Assembly: GCA_030740155.1 (NCBI GenBank)
Contig: JASLXV010000085.1
Location: 32,001-96,000 of the forward strand
DNA length: 64,000 bases
DNA from: Dehalococcoidia bacterium
Lineage (GTDB): Bacteria; Chloroflexota; Dehalococcoidia; Lucifugimonadales; UBA3495
Direction of reading: 5' to 3'
How positions within the stretch are numbered: the first letter of the stretch is position 1; every line of letters begins with the position of its first letter. Of the stretch, positions 19,210 to 29,772 are shown piece by piece. A program made the translations under genes and the position numbers. Under the pieces are notes generated by a model. It was not told the origin of the DNA. It saw only the letters and a program-made list of their open reading frames with translations, and searched no databases.

Positions 19210-19345
19210 ATTGGATACCGGGCCAGTTACGAGATACTTGCCCTGGCGATCTCCCGCGTCATCCCCACGGCCGTCTTTCCGGTGAAAGATGGAATCCAGA
19301 TCGGCGCCAACTGGACCCGGGTCTTCAATAGGCGGGCGGCCCGGG

Positions 19346-20722
19346 TCACGACGCCAGCGTGGTTACCGAATCTCCGGCAAGGCCGACCAGCCGCGCCGGA
19401 GCGATCGTGTTGCGCAGGTCCCTCCGGTCTTCGGTACTGACCCGGATGTAGTTATCCGTCAGTCCGCTCCATATCGGTACGGCACCGCTTTCCCGCGCCA
19501 CTTCCCACAGCACGGGCCGGGTCTGCCCCAGTTGTTTATGACGAAAGGCCTCGAAACCCCCGGCCGCGACCTCGAGCATTTCCGCGGTCCGGGCCTTCTT
19601 CACGAGGTCCGGGACGTTCACGGCAAGGTAGGCGGCGCTGGTCCCCGGTCTGGAGGAGTAAGGGAAGATGTGCATGTCACTGAACTGCATGGATTGGGCG
19701 AAGCTATGGCTCTCGCGGAACTCGCTATCTCCTTCACCGGGAAACCCCACGATCAGGTCGGTGGTGATTCCGGCGTCGGGGACCTCCTGCCGGACCAACT
19801 CCACGGTGCGGGCGAAGTGCTCCGTATCATAACGACGCCGCATCGCCGCCAATATTCGGTCGCTCCCGCTCTGCAACGGCACGTGGAAGTGGGGGCACAG
19901 ACGGCGGTCCGCCCACAGCTTCAGCAGTTCCGGGGTGATCTCCTGGGCCTGCAGAGAAGAAACCCTGATGCGGGGCACGGCGCTCTCCGCCAGGATGCGC
20001 CGCAATAGATCAATGAGGCTGGCCCCGGCGATGTCGTAGCCGTAGGTCCCCAATTGGGTCCCGGTGAGGACGACCTCCCGGCAACCCTGGTCCACCCGGT
20101 GAATAATCTGCTGAACCACGGTGTCCGGAGGGACGCTGCGCTCGCGTCCCCGCACTTTGGGCACGATGCAATAGGCGCAGACCTGGCCGCACCCCTCTTG
20201 GATCTTGATCATCGCCCGGCTGCGCCCGGAGGCGGACCGAACGGTGTCGGCTTCGAGTTGGTCCCGTTCCTCCCCGGCAGGCCTCGCCTCCGGGGGATCC
20301 TGGGAAGGTTCGCTCCGCGAGCCGCCGCGACAGGCGAGGGTGGCGGTGACGGCCGAGACCAACTGGTCTTTCCGAGTGTTGCCTATCACCAGGATCGCCG
20401 GACCCAACCTCTCGAGGTCGTGGGCGGCCCGTTCGGCATAGCAACCGGTGGCGACGATGAGGGACTTCTGGTTGTCGCGCCGGGCGGCCCGCAAGGCCTG
20501 TCGGGCTTTGGCGTCGGCCGTCGCGGTGACCGTGCAGGTGTTCAGCACCAAGACATCGGCGCCGGCCGGCCATTCGACGATCTGGTATCCGGCTTCAGCG
20601 AAATACCGGGCCAGCGTTTCACTGTCGGCCTGGTTCAATTTGCATCCGTGGGTGTGGATGGCCACCGTGCCGCGATAGCCACCAGCCGCGGATCGCACCG
20701 CCGACGGATTAGTCTGGGTCAT
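19346..20722 (-). CDS. mtaB: tRNA t6A37 methylthiotransferase MtaB (radical SAM)
   Basis: GCKLNQAD, NTCTVT, ATGCYA, radical SAM motif CGQVCAYC, C-terminal GLTDNY TRAM region. Confidence 0.92.
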   Translation of the reverse strand: MTQTNPSAVRSAAGGYRGTVAIHTHGCKLNQADSETLARYFAEAGYQIVEWPAGADVLVLNTCTVTATADAKARQALRAARRDNQKSLIVATGCYAERAAHDLERLGPAILVIGNTRKDQLVSAVTATLACRGGSRSEPSQDPPEARPAGEERDQLEADTVRSASGRSRAMIKIQEGCGQVCAYCIVPKVRGRERSVPPDTVVQQIIHRVDQGCREVVLTGTQLGTYGYDIAGASLIDLLRRILAESAVPRIRVSSLQAQEITPELLKLWADRRLCPHFHVPLQSGSDRILAAMRRRYDTEHFARTVELVRQEVPDAGITTDLIVGFPGEGDSEFRESHSFAQSMQFSDMHIFPYSSRPGTSAAYLAVNVPDLVKKARTAEMLEVAAGGFEAFRHKQLGQTRPVLWEVARESGAVPIWSGLTDNYIRVSTEDRRDLRNTIAPARLVGLAGDSVTTLAS

Positions 20723-21101
20723 CCTGGGGTACCATCTCCCAAAGCCGCTCCACCGCCGAGCTGATGTCTTCGAGTACCGGAACCAGGCGGTCCACCCGGT
20801 AACGCAGCTCTCGGACCCGCTCGACCCAGTCGGCGAAGGTACTCAAATGGGTGAACGCGTCCCGGATGCGCCGGTCCCGATGTTCCAGGCCCAGTTGGGT
20901 GGCGTACTCCCGCACCGCCTCTTGGCCCTCGATCTGTTCCGCCCGGCTCAGGGCCACCCCTTTCACGGCCAGGGTAAGGCTGCCCCAAAGGAAGTCCTCG
21001 GTGCGCGACCAGCGGCCCCCACGCATCTCGTCGAACGCGCTATCCAGGTATTGGAAGCTCTGTCTGCGGTAGCGGCGGATTCGTTGGCGGTCCACGGCCA
21101 T
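20709..21101 (-). CDS. Small helical hypothetical protein, PaREP1/HEPN-like
   Basis: YLDSAFDEMRGGRWSRTEDFLWGSLTLAVK resembles the PaREP1 A.EKLWGA...AVK pattern; overlaps the mtaB start by 14 nt. Confidence 0.55.
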   Translation of the reverse strand: MAVDRQRIRRYRRQSFQYLDSAFDEMRGGRWSRTEDFLWGSLTLAVKGVALSRAEQIEGQEAVREYATQLGLEHRDRRIRDAFTHLSTFADWVERVRELRYRVDRLVPVLEDISSAVERLWEMVPQDDPD

Positions 21102-21278
21102 TGCTTTTTCGTCTTCGCGGCGTCGGTGAGAGCCGGCTGCGGTATTTGCCACGCTGGACGTGGTGGCGTGCCAATTTATTCTAGCATGAGTTCACGGCTC
21201 CGGAGGGGAACCACTCGTTTATCTGCGTCCGCGCAACTACGAATCCGGGCCGGGACCAGGCCAAGGAGGGATCGCTCT

Positions 21279-22931
21279 TCATCGGGCCGGATGGCCGGAT
21301 CCCGGAGGCGGAATTTGGAACGGCGGCAACAGGACGGGCAGGGGCACCTCGATGACCACCGGCCGCTGGGCGCGGAGGGCGCTGCGGAGGGCATCTCCCA
21401 GCTCCTGGTGGCCGGAGAGCTTCACCCCCTGTGCACCGTAAACCTCCGCCAGTTGGGAGAAACTGGGGTTGTGGAGCCTGGTCCCGATGGCCCGTCCGCC
21501 GAGGCGGTCCCGCTGCTCGCTGTAGGACGCGCCTAGGGCCCCGTTGTTGAACACCAGGGTGACGGCGTTAATCTCCTCCTGCACCGCGGTGGCCAGCTCG
21601 CTGGAGGCGTACCCGAACCCGCCGTCTCCGCTGGTGGCCACCACCTGCCGGTGAGGGTTGCCCACCTTAGCTCCCAGAGCCGTGGGGAAGGCGTAGCCCA
21701 GGGTGGCGAAGTACCCCGAGGTGATGTAGGAGCGGGGCTTGAGGACCGGGAACGCCAGGTGGCTCCAATACCCGATCTCGGTGGTGCCGCTGATCAGGAT
21801 GGCGTCGTCGTCCAGCTCCCGGCGGATGGTCTCTATGATCTCGACCTGCAAGGGAGCTATCTCCTTGATCTTCTGGTAAGAATCCTGCCGGATCGAGGTC
21901 AGTTCCCCGCCGGTCCACTGGCTGGACCCGGTGGCGCCTCCCAGCTCGTTCAGCAGCGCCTGCAGGGCCAGCCGTCCGTCGGCGGTTATGCCCACGGCCA
22001 GGGGTAGGTTGCGGCCCACCTCCTCGGGGTCGGCGTCGATTTGGATTAGCTTCTGATGGGGCTGAATGCCCCAGGGGAGCTTTGGCGCAAAGTGCATCCG
22101 GCTGCCCACGGCCAGGATCACGTCCGCTTGGGGCAGCACCTGGTGTCCGGGACCGTGGGCGTAATAATAGGCGCCCAGGGACAGGGGGTTGTCTTCTGGA
22201 ATGGCGCCTTTCCCCTGAGCCGTGGTGATTACCGGGGCATTCAGGGCCTGGGCCAGTCCCAAGAGTTCTGCCGAGAGGCCGGCCTCACGGGACCCGCCTC
22301 CGGCCCAGATCAGCGGACGCCGCGCTTCGGCCAGTAGCCGGGCAGCTTCCTTTATGTCCGGCGGCTCCGGGTGCTGCTTGGCAAAGACCTCCCGCTCCGG
22401 CAGCTCCGCCTCGGCGGTCGCCGGTAGGACGTCCCACGGTATCTCGATCTCCACCGGCCGCGGTCTCCCGGTTGACAGGTGCTGCATGGCGGTGTGGACC
22501 AGTCCGGGTATCTCTTCTACCCGGGAGGTGCGGGCACACCACTTGGTGATCTGCCGGAACACCTCCATCTGTTCCCCGATTTCGTGGAGGGCGCCCCGGT
22601 TTTCTCCCAGGTTGTAGCTTTCGATCTGGCCGCAGATCAGGAGCACCGGCGACGAGGTGGCGTAGGCGGTACCCAGTCCGGCGGTGGCGTTGAGGGCCCC
22701 CGGTCCGGGAACGACCAGGCCGACACCTGGCCGGCCGGTGGTGCGGGCGTAGCCGTCGGCCATGTAGGTAACCGATTGCTCGTGGCGCACCAGCACCAAG
22801 CGGATGGCAGGCTCGTCGTACAACGCGTCGAAGGCGTCCATTATCTGAACGCCGGGAAGGGCGAAGACCACGCCGACGCCCTCGCGGGCCAGTGAACGAA
22901 TTAAAGCCTGGGCGCCGCTCATCATCGGCAT
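21279..22931 (-). CDS. Thiamine pyrophosphate-dependent enzyme (acetolactate synthase-like, probably catabolic)
   Basis: RHEQ, GPGALN, TPP motif GDGG...NN; lacks the GQHQMW motif of biosynthetic IlvB. Confidence 0.9.
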   Translation of the reverse strand: MPMMSGAQALIRSLAREGVGVVFALPGVQIMDAFDALYDEPAIRLVLVRHEQSVTYMADGYARTTGRPGVGLVVPGPGALNATAGLGTAYATSSPVLLICGQIESYNLGENRGALHEIGEQMEVFRQITKWCARTSRVEEIPGLVHTAMQHLSTGRPRPVEIEIPWDVLPATAEAELPEREVFAKQHPEPPDIKEAARLLAEARRPLIWAGGGSREAGLSAELLGLAQALNAPVITTAQGKGAIPEDNPLSLGAYYYAHGPGHQVLPQADVILAVGSRMHFAPKLPWGIQPHQKLIQIDADPEEVGRNLPLAVGITADGRLALQALLNELGGATGSSQWTGGELTSIRQDSYQKIKEIAPLQVEIIETIRRELDDDAILISGTTEIGYWSHLAFPVLKPRSYITSGYFATLGYAFPTALGAKVGNPHRQVVATSGDGGFGYASSELATAVQEEINAVTLVFNNGALGASYSEQRDRLGGRAIGTRLHNPSFSQLAEVYGAQGVKLSGHQELGDALRSALRAQRPVVIEVPLPVLLPPFQIPPPGSGHPAR

Positions 22932-23105
22932 GGCACTCCTCGGCGGGAACTGGTTATCAGGTTCGTTGAATCACCCAGGGAAGCTGCATCTCATGATAGA
23001 CGAACGGCCTCGCCTGTCAACCGGACCCGAAGGCTGGTTGCCAAAAGGACGGGGGAATGGCAACATAAGTGCCAGACCAAGAACGCAACGCGGTGGGAGA
23101 CGACT

Positions 23106-24311
23106 GTGCCAGGTCCGAACAGTTTTCGCATCTCAGGGTACTCGATTCGAGTCCATGCCGGGGACGACGCCATCGCCCGGCTGAGCGATGAGGCGGATCG
23201 AGCCCGGGCCAAGCGGGTTTTCGTGGTGTGCGGCCAGTCGGTGGCTCACCGAACTGATTTGCTGAACCGGGTAAGAGACGTGCTGGGAGGCCGGCTGGCC
23301 GGCGTGTTCGACGGCGCCCAGACCGGCTCGCCCGTTCCCTCGGTGACGAAGGGCGCGGCCATGGCGGCTGAAGCCGGTGCGGACCTCATTGTCGCCGTGG
23401 GCGGAGGCAGCGCCGTCGTCACCGCCCGGGCCATCACCATCCTTCTCGCCGAAGGGGGCACGGCCCGCGACCACGCCACTAAGTACCCGCAAGGCCTGCC
23501 ACCGGTCAGCCCGCGCCTGATGCAGCCAAAAATTCCCAATGTCCTGGTGTTGACCACTCCCACCACGGCGGCAACCCGGGCGGGCACGGCGGTTATCGAC
23601 CCGGAGACGGGACACCGGCTGGAATTGTTTGACCCCAAGACCCGCCCGGCCGCTTTGATATGGGACACGAGGGCTCTGCTGACCGCGCCTCCTTCGCTCT
23701 GCGTGAGCGCCGCGGCCTCCTGCTACAGCGGAGTGGTGGGGGCCTTGCAATCCCGTGAGAGACTGAACCCGCTGGCCGGGGGGGACCTGGTTCAGGCGTT
23801 GCGGCTGCTCCAGGAGAACCTGCCGCTTGTGGCGCTGCGGCCGGACGCCGGGGAGGTGCGGCTCAACCTGTCCGCCGCCGCCTTCCTGTACAATCGTGCC
23901 GGAGACAGTGGCGCGGGCGGGAGCGCGGTTGGAGTGGTGAGCGCCATGGCCCACTCCCTGGATACGCGCTACCCGGAGTGCGACCACGGTGCGGCCTACG
24001 CCATCCTCACGGCGCCGGGGATGCGGTTCAACCGGGATCACAACCTTGCCGGGCAAGCCCGGCTGGCCTCTGTAATGGGTGTGCGGCAGCATTCAATGGA
24101 AAACGATGCTGCCGCCAGAGCGGCCGCGGATGCCGTGGCCCAGACCTTCAACTCTCTCGGGTTGCCGGCTCGGCTAAGCCAGGTGGGAGTAGGCGAGGAA
24201 GGAGTGAAGCTGTTGGCGGAGGACACGATGACCGACTTCGCCTTGCACCGTAACGTCCGGCCGGTCAAAGAGGTCTCCGAGTTGGAGGAGCTGCTGCGGG
24301 AGATTTGGTGA
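23106..24311 (+). CDS. Iron-containing alcohol dehydrogenase family protein (divergent)
   Basis: VGGGS, PTT, AHSL...DHG, LGLPARLS; first metal-ligand motif degenerate. Confidence 0.8.
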   Translation: MPGPNSFRISGYSIRVHAGDDAIARLSDEADRARAKRVFVVCGQSVAHRTDLLNRVRDVLGGRLAGVFDGAQTGSPVPSVTKGAAMAAEAGADLIVAVGGGSAVVTARAITILLAEGGTARDHATKYPQGLPPVSPRLMQPKIPNVLVLTTPTTAATRAGTAVIDPETGHRLELFDPKTRPAALIWDTRALLTAPPSLCVSAAASCYSGVVGALQSRERLNPLAGGDLVQALRLLQENLPLVALRPDAGEVRLNLSAAAFLYNRAGDSGAGGSAVGVVSAMAHSLDTRYPECDHGAAYAILTAPGMRFNRDHNLAGQARLASVMGVRQHSMENDAAARAAADAVAQTFNSLGLPARLSQVGVGEEGVKLLAEDTMTDFALHRNVRPVKEVSELEELLREIW

Positions 24312-24626
24312 GGGGCTTCCTTCCAAGAACCCGACCAAGAGGGAAAACGGGAACAGAGCGGGTAACCGTAACCGATGACCGGCCTGGCGGCACGTTGACC
24401 GGGCGGCTTGGAGACCCTGGCCGCGAGCATGTCTGTGAAGAAACCGGGGACGAGGCCATATTGATGTAGGACCGGGACGGACGAGTTATCGGCTTCGAGA
24501 AACCGCAAACTTCGATCCCAAACAGGGAACGATTGGCAGTAACCTTCGAAGCCGTGGGATGAGGGCCGTTAGATGCCCTTCAGTCGAGCAGATCTTCAGC
24601 AGTCTTGGCAAAAGGACGGTGATTCA

Positions 24627-26051
24627 ATGACAACTGGCGACAACAAGGTCAGAATAGAGCGAGACTCCATGGGACCCATGGAAGTCCCCGCCGGCGCTCT
24701 CTACGGCGCCTCCACCATGCGCGCGGTGCTGAACTTTCCTATCAGCGACCTGCGCTTTCCCCGGTCTTTCATCCGTTCCTTGGGTCTCGTGAAGCTGGCG
24801 GCGGCCAAGACCAACATGGCCCTGGGTCTCCTGGCGGTGAAAGAGGGCAACGCCGTGGTGGCCGCCGCCCAAGAGGTGGCCGACGGAAAACTGGACGAGC
24901 ACTTCGTCCTGGATGTTTTTCAGACCGGCTCCGGCACCTCCACCAATACCAACGCCAATGAGGTCATCGCCAATCGGGCGTCCCAGATACTAGGTGGCGA
25001 CCTCGGGTCCGGCCTGGTCCACCCCAACGACCACGTCAACATGGGTCAGTCGTCCAACGACGTTATTCCCACCTGCATCCACCTGGCGGCGCTGATGGCC
25101 GCCACGGAGGACCTGGTCCCCGCTTTGGAGAAGCTTGAGGGAGCGCTTCGGAAAAAATCCGAGGAATTGTGGCTCGTCATAAAAACCGGCCGCACCCACC
25201 TCCAGGACGCAACCCCGGTGCGGCTGGGCCAGGAGTTTCTGGGCTTCGCCGGCCAGGCTGGATACAGCATTCAACGTCTGGGCAGAATGACGGATGCCCT
25301 GGCCGAGGTGGCACTGGGCGGCACCGCCGTGGGCACCGGGGTCAACACCCACCCGGAGTTTTCCGCCCGCACCTGCCGGCTCCTGTCCGAGATTACCGGA
25401 GTCCAAGTCCGAGAGACGGACAATCACTTCCAGGCTCAGGCAGCCCTGGACGGCGTGGTGGAGGCCAGCGGCATCCTCAAGACCATCGCCATCAGCCTGC
25501 ACAAGATGGCCAACGACATCCGCTTCCTGGCCTGCGGCCCCCGCGCCGGGCTCGGTGAGATACTGGTGCCTGAAGTGCAGCCGGGCAGCTCCATCATGCC
25601 GGGCAAGGTCAACCCGGTGATCTCGGAGTCGGTGATCCAGGTGGTGGCCCAGGTGGTCGGCAACGATGCCACGGTAACCCTGGCCGGCCAAGGTGGCTAC
25701 TTCGAGCTGAACACCATGATGCCGGTGGCCGCCTACAACATACTGCAATCGATCTCCCTGTTGGCGGCGTCCGCCGACAATTTTGCCGAACAGTGCGTCA
25801 AGGGCATCCAGGCCACTGAGACAGGGCCCCAGATGGTGGAAAAGGGACTAATGCTCGGTACCGCGCTGACTCCGGCCATCGGCTACGACGCCGCGGCCAC
25901 CATCGCCAAAGAGGCAGCCGCGACCGGCAGCACGATCCGTGAGATGGCCAAACTCAAGACCAGCCTGTCCGACGCCGAGCTGGACAATCTGCTGAACCCC
26001 GCGGCCATGACCGAGCCGGGCCTGGGGTCCGGCGTTGGTGGCGGGGGCTAG
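24627..26051 (+). CDS. fumC: Class II fumarate hydratase
   Basis: RIERDSMG, FQTGSGTS, HPNDHVN, GRTHLQDA, GSSIMPGKVNP signature. Confidence 0.95.
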   Translation: MTTGDNKVRIERDSMGPMEVPAGALYGASTMRAVLNFPISDLRFPRSFIRSLGLVKLAAAKTNMALGLLAVKEGNAVVAAAQEVADGKLDEHFVLDVFQTGSGTSTNTNANEVIANRASQILGGDLGSGLVHPNDHVNMGQSSNDVIPTCIHLAALMAATEDLVPALEKLEGALRKKSEELWLVIKTGRTHLQDATPVRLGQEFLGFAGQAGYSIQRLGRMTDALAEVALGGTAVGTGVNTHPEFSARTCRLLSEITGVQVRETDNHFQAQAALDGVVEASGILKTIAISLHKMANDIRFLACGPRAGLGEILVPEVQPGSSIMPGKVNPVISESVIQVVAQVVGNDATVTLAGQGGYFELNTMMPVAAYNILQSISLLAASADNFAEQCVKGIQATETGPQMVEKGLMLGTALTPAIGYDAAATIAKEAAATGSTIREMAKLKTSLSDAELDNLLNPAAMTEPGLGSGVGGGG

Positions 26052-26214
26052 ACCCTCCTCCGGCCGGACCCGCAGCACGGCCAATCCGATTACCGGAAGG
26101 GCGGCCCTGGCCTCCCGATCCTGGCCCATGCCGGGAAATGTCTGGGACCCTGCCGGGAACTTTCCGGCGACGCCGGGCGTCTTTGATGGAAAGATTAAAG
26201 ACAGAGGTGGCCCC

Positions 26215-27402
26215 ATGATGAAGCTAATCGTTTTTCTCACATTGGCCGTATCGATCTTCCTGATGGCGTGCTCGGCGGGGGACGACCCACAAGCATCTGT
26301 TGGGTCGTTCGGGGAAGACTCCGCCGAGAACAAAGGAGGCGCTCGGGACGCCGACATGGCACTCCTTTCGGTGGCTTCGGCGCCCACGGCAGCGCCCGCG
26401 GCCACGGCGGCGCCCGGCGCTTCATTCGCTGCCCTGGCCGCGGGGGATGGCCGGGTATCCGGCGCCGCCCTGGAAACCGCCCAGAGGATGGTCATCTCGA
26501 CGGCTTCTATTTCCATCGAGGTGGAGATGGTGCAAACCGCCATCGCCGAGGTGCGGGCCATCGCCGAGAGCCTTGGGGGGTTCGTGGAGCATCTGGACAG
26601 CTCCGGAGGGCCGGAGCGCCAGCGGGCCTCCATGACCGTTCGCGTTCCTCAGGCCCAGTTTGAAACCGCGCTGGGGCGCATCGAAGTACTGGGCGAAGTG
26701 CAAAGCCGTAATGAGGGCGCTTAAGACGTATCGGAGCAGTTCATCGACTTGGAAGCTCGCCTGAAAAGCTCGCTGCGGGAGGAGCAGAGCCTGCTGTCTT
26801 TGCTGGGGAGAACTGGGACGGTGGGCGAAATCCTGACCATAGAACGGGAGTTGGCCAGGGTCCGGTCTGAGATCGAGCGATTCCAGGGCCAGCTCAATTT
26901 CCTGGAAAGGCGAGTGGACCTGGCTACCATATCAGTGTCGCTCTTCCCTCCGGATGAGGAAGTCTCCGAGGCTCCCTCGGCTGCCCTGGTGATCCGGGTA
27001 TCGGATGTCGGCGCCGCCGTGGCGGAGGTCAAAGGCCTGATCGGCACCTATGAAGGAGTCGTGGAACGCGTCTTCCTGTCGCAGCGAAATGACCAGGAGG
27101 AGGCGACCCTCTCCCTCAAGGTGTTTGCCGGCGAGTTCCCGCAGGTAATGGACCTACTGGAAGCGCAGGGCGAGGTGAAGAGCAAGGAAGTGCAGGAGGG
27201 CAGAGTCCCGCCGGGCGGGACGCCAGAGCGTGCCAAGAAGCCCGACGCCAGGATAGACCTCTCTCTGGTTGAAAAGGATGAAGACTCGAACGACGCCCTG
27301 ATAGTGATAATCATCGCGGCTATCGGCGGGGTTTGGCTGATAGCAATTCTGGGGGCCCTGGTCTTCTTGGGCAGCCGCGCGGCGCGACGCCGAGGAAACT
27401 GA
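26215..27402 (+). pseudogene. DUF4349 domain lipoprotein interrupted by an in-frame TAA
   Basis: Lipobox LMAC; the same frame reads EGA*DVSEQFIDLEARL (TAA at 26722-26724) and continues to a C-terminal TM helix. Could be a sequencing error. Confidence 0.75.
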
Positions 27403-27449
27403 TTCCGGGGCACTGTTAAGGCGGTGCCGCTGGGAACCCACGAGAGGTT

Positions 27450-27519
27450 AGCCACGGAGGCACAGAGACACGGAGCTATTACGTCCTATTTATCTCTGTG
27501 CCTCCGTGGCTCTGTGGCT
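27450..27519. repeat. REP-like inverted repeat, family A (second copy)
   Basis: AGCCACGGAGGCACAGAGACACGGAG...CTCTGTGCCTCCGTGGCTCTGTGGCT between convergent genes. Confidence 0.8.
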
Positions 27520-27638
27520 TATCTAGTTCCAGGCACAGTTTTCGGCAGGCGCGGGCGGAAAAGGCTTGCCTCAAAACTGTCAATCCGAGTCGTCATGCCC
27601 CGGTGAGACGCCACCGGCAGACGGAAACACCTGATGCC

Positions 27639-27675
27639 CCCCTCTCCCACCGGGAGAGGGGCTGGGGGTGAGGGG
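27639..27675. repeat. REP-like element, family C (CCCTCTCCC-N-GGGAGAGGG...GGGTGAGGG)
   Basis: Further copies at 52365-52398 and, reversed, at 56108-56151. Confidence 0.75.
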
Positions 27676-27684
27676 CGAATCCCT

Positions 27685-29385
27685 CTATTGAGGCCCGGTC
27701 CCGTTATGCTGCAGCGGGTTTTCCATGGTATCGCCCAAACCGCCGCCCGGCCGTACCATTGGGTACACGTTGGCCGAGCCGTCGACGACGAATTCGATGA
27801 GGAAGGGGCCTTCGTGGGCTTGGGCCTGGCGGAGGGCAGGGAGGACATCCTCCTGCTCGTTTACGCGCACCGCGGGTACGCCGTAGGCCTCGGCCAGCTT
27901 GACATAATCGGGGCCGGTCAGTTCGGTCGCCTTGATATGCTTTTGAAAGAACAGCTCCTGCCACTGGCGGACCATTCCCAGGGACCCGTTATTGAACAAC
28001 GCGATCTTGATCGGCAGATTCGCCTCGGTCGCCGTCGCCAGCTCTTGCGAGGTCATCTGAAACCCGCCATCGCCGGCGATACTCCAGACCGGCGCGCCGG
28101 GCCGGCCCGCTTGAGCGCCCAGGGCCGCCGGCAACTCGAATCCCATGGTGCCCTGGCCGCCCGAAGAGACGAAGGTGTTGGACTGATTGAAGTAGAGGAA
28201 CTGGGCGGCCCACATCTGATGCTGGCCCACGCCGGTTACCACGACGGTCTCCGGGTTCTCCTGAAGGAGTTCGTTCAAGCTGGCCAGCACCTGCTGGGGT
28301 TGCAGGGTATCGGACTGGGGGATGGCCAGGCATGGATGATGGACCCTCTCGCCGTCGATGAAGTCCATCCACTCCTGCCGCTTGGCGTAGGTCACCAGGG
28401 GCAGCAGCTCCCGAAGCACCCCTTTGGCGTCGCCGACCAGAGGCACCTCCACCGGGACGTTCCGGCCGATTTGAGATGCTTCGATATCCAGGTGAATGAT
28501 CCGGGCGTGGGGCGCGAAGGTGGAGGCCTTGCCGGTGACCCGGTCGTCGAAGCGCATCCCCAGGCCGACGATGAGGTCGGCCCGGTCCACCGCCATATTT
28601 GCCCAGTACATGCCGTGCATCCCCAGCATTCCCAGGCTCAAGGGATGATTTCCCGGGAAGCCGCCGAGGCCGAGAAGGGTGGTGATGACCGGGATGCCCG
28701 TGGTCTCCGCTAGGGCCTTGACCTCTTGGGAGGCGCCGGAAGCCATGACGCCGTGTCCGCTGATGATGAGGGGCCGTTGGGCCTCGTTGATCAGCCGTGC
28801 CGCCCGCTGCACCGCCTCGAAGGTCTCCGGGGACAGGGAAGAAGAAGCCGGCTCGGCGACCTCGGGGAACTCCAACTCGGCTTCTTCAAGTTGAACATCC
28901 CGCGGTACATCGATCAACACGGGCCCCGGCCGTCCCTCCATCGCGGTGGCGAACGCCTCACGGATGGTGGGCGCCAGGTCTTGGGTGGACAGCACCATGT
29001 AGCTCTTCTTGGTGCACGAAGCGGTGATCGAGCAGATGTCGCATTCCTGGAACGCCTCTGATCCCAGCGAAGTCCGGGCCACCTGGCCGGTGATGACCAC
29101 CATGGGTATCGAGTCGGCTTTGGCACTCATGATCCCGGTGACCAGGTTGGTGCCGCCGGGGCCGGAGGTGGCCATGCAAACGCCCACCTTGCCGGTCACG
29201 CGGGAGTAGCCGTCGGCGGCGTGGGCCGCGGCCTGTTCGTGACGAACCAGGATGTGCCGCAGCTGGGGATAACTCCAGAGGGCGTCGTAAAGGGGAAGGA
29301 TAGCCCCTCCGGGATACCCGAAAACGACTTCAACGCCTTCCCGAAGAAGGCTCTCGCAGATGATTTCCGAACCTTTTAGTTTCAA
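27685..29385 (-). CDS. ilvB: Acetolactate synthase large subunit, biosynthetic type (stand-alone paralog)
   Basis: FGYPGGA, RHEQ, ATSGPG, GMLGMHG, RFDDR, GQHQMWAAQ, GDGG, LGMVRQWQ; TTG start. Confidence 0.93.
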   Translation of the reverse strand: MKLKGSEIICESLLREGVEVVFGYPGGAILPLYDALWSYPQLRHILVRHEQAAAHAADGYSRVTGKVGVCMATSGPGGTNLVTGIMSAKADSIPMVVITGQVARTSLGSEAFQECDICSITASCTKKSYMVLSTQDLAPTIREAFATAMEGRPGPVLIDVPRDVQLEEAELEFPEVAEPASSSLSPETFEAVQRAARLINEAQRPLIISGHGVMASGASQEVKALAETTGIPVITTLLGLGGFPGNHPLSLGMLGMHGMYWANMAVDRADLIVGLGMRFDDRVTGKASTFAPHARIIHLDIEASQIGRNVPVEVPLVGDAKGVLRELLPLVTYAKRQEWMDFIDGERVHHPCLAIPQSDTLQPQQVLASLNELLQENPETVVVTGVGQHQMWAAQFLYFNQSNTFVSSGGQGTMGFELPAALGAQAGRPGAPVWSIAGDGGFQMTSQELATATEANLPIKIALFNNGSLGMVRQWQELFFQKHIKATELTGPDYVKLAEAYGVPAVRVNEQEDVLPALRQAQAHEGPFLIEFVVDGSANVYPMVRPGGGLGDTMENPLQHNGTGPQ

Positions 29386-29408
29386 AGCAGCCCCTTCTTA
29401 AAGACAAC

Positions 29409-29436
29409 AAAAAAACCCGCCCCCTATAGGGACGGG
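29409..29436 (-). terminator. Intrinsic terminator of T-box leader 1
   Basis: Minus strand CCCGTCCCTATAGGGGCGGG followed by T7. Confidence 0.85.
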
Positions 29437-29682
29437 ATTTCTAAGCTCCCGCGGTACCACCCTATTTGCCCCGACATAGTCGAGACCTCTCAGTGAGGAC
29501 ACTAACATGCCCCGCCATCTCTAACGGGCGGCGACCCCGGCTCAGCTTACCTGCCTTTCCAGTTCAGGAAGGCCTCAGCTGGCGGCTCCGGAGGGATTTT
29601 CGAATAAGCTCGGCACACCTGCTCACACCGCACCAGGCTCGCTTTGCGCCTACCCTTATCTACTCGTCTCCATCACAGCTTC
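29409..29682 (-). ncRNA. T-box riboswitch, probable Ile (AUC) specifier
   Basis: Stem I with AGUA/GAA S-turn, AGCGA and GGUGUGA distal motifs; specifier AUC at 29597-29595; T-box AAATAGGGTGGTACCGCGG at 29467-29449; terminator follows. Confidence 0.9.
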
Positions 29683-29691
29683 TAACTGCGT

Positions 29692-29721
29692 AAAGTACCA
29701 CAAATAGTGCCTAGCTGTCAA
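29692..29721 (-). promoter_or_regulatory. Promoter of T-box/ilvB
   Basis: TTGACA-18 nt-(TGG)TACTTT directly upstream of stem I. Confidence 0.65.
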
Positions 29722-29772
29722 TACGGGCTACTTGCGGGCTCGCCTCAATCCTGCCCCGCGTGTCCCTGCCGG

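Noticed and set aside
26722..26724. Stop-codon reassignment or programmed read-through
   Set aside because: TAA ends other genes normally here (AtuA, MBL hydrolase, ilvC); this is a single isolated case.
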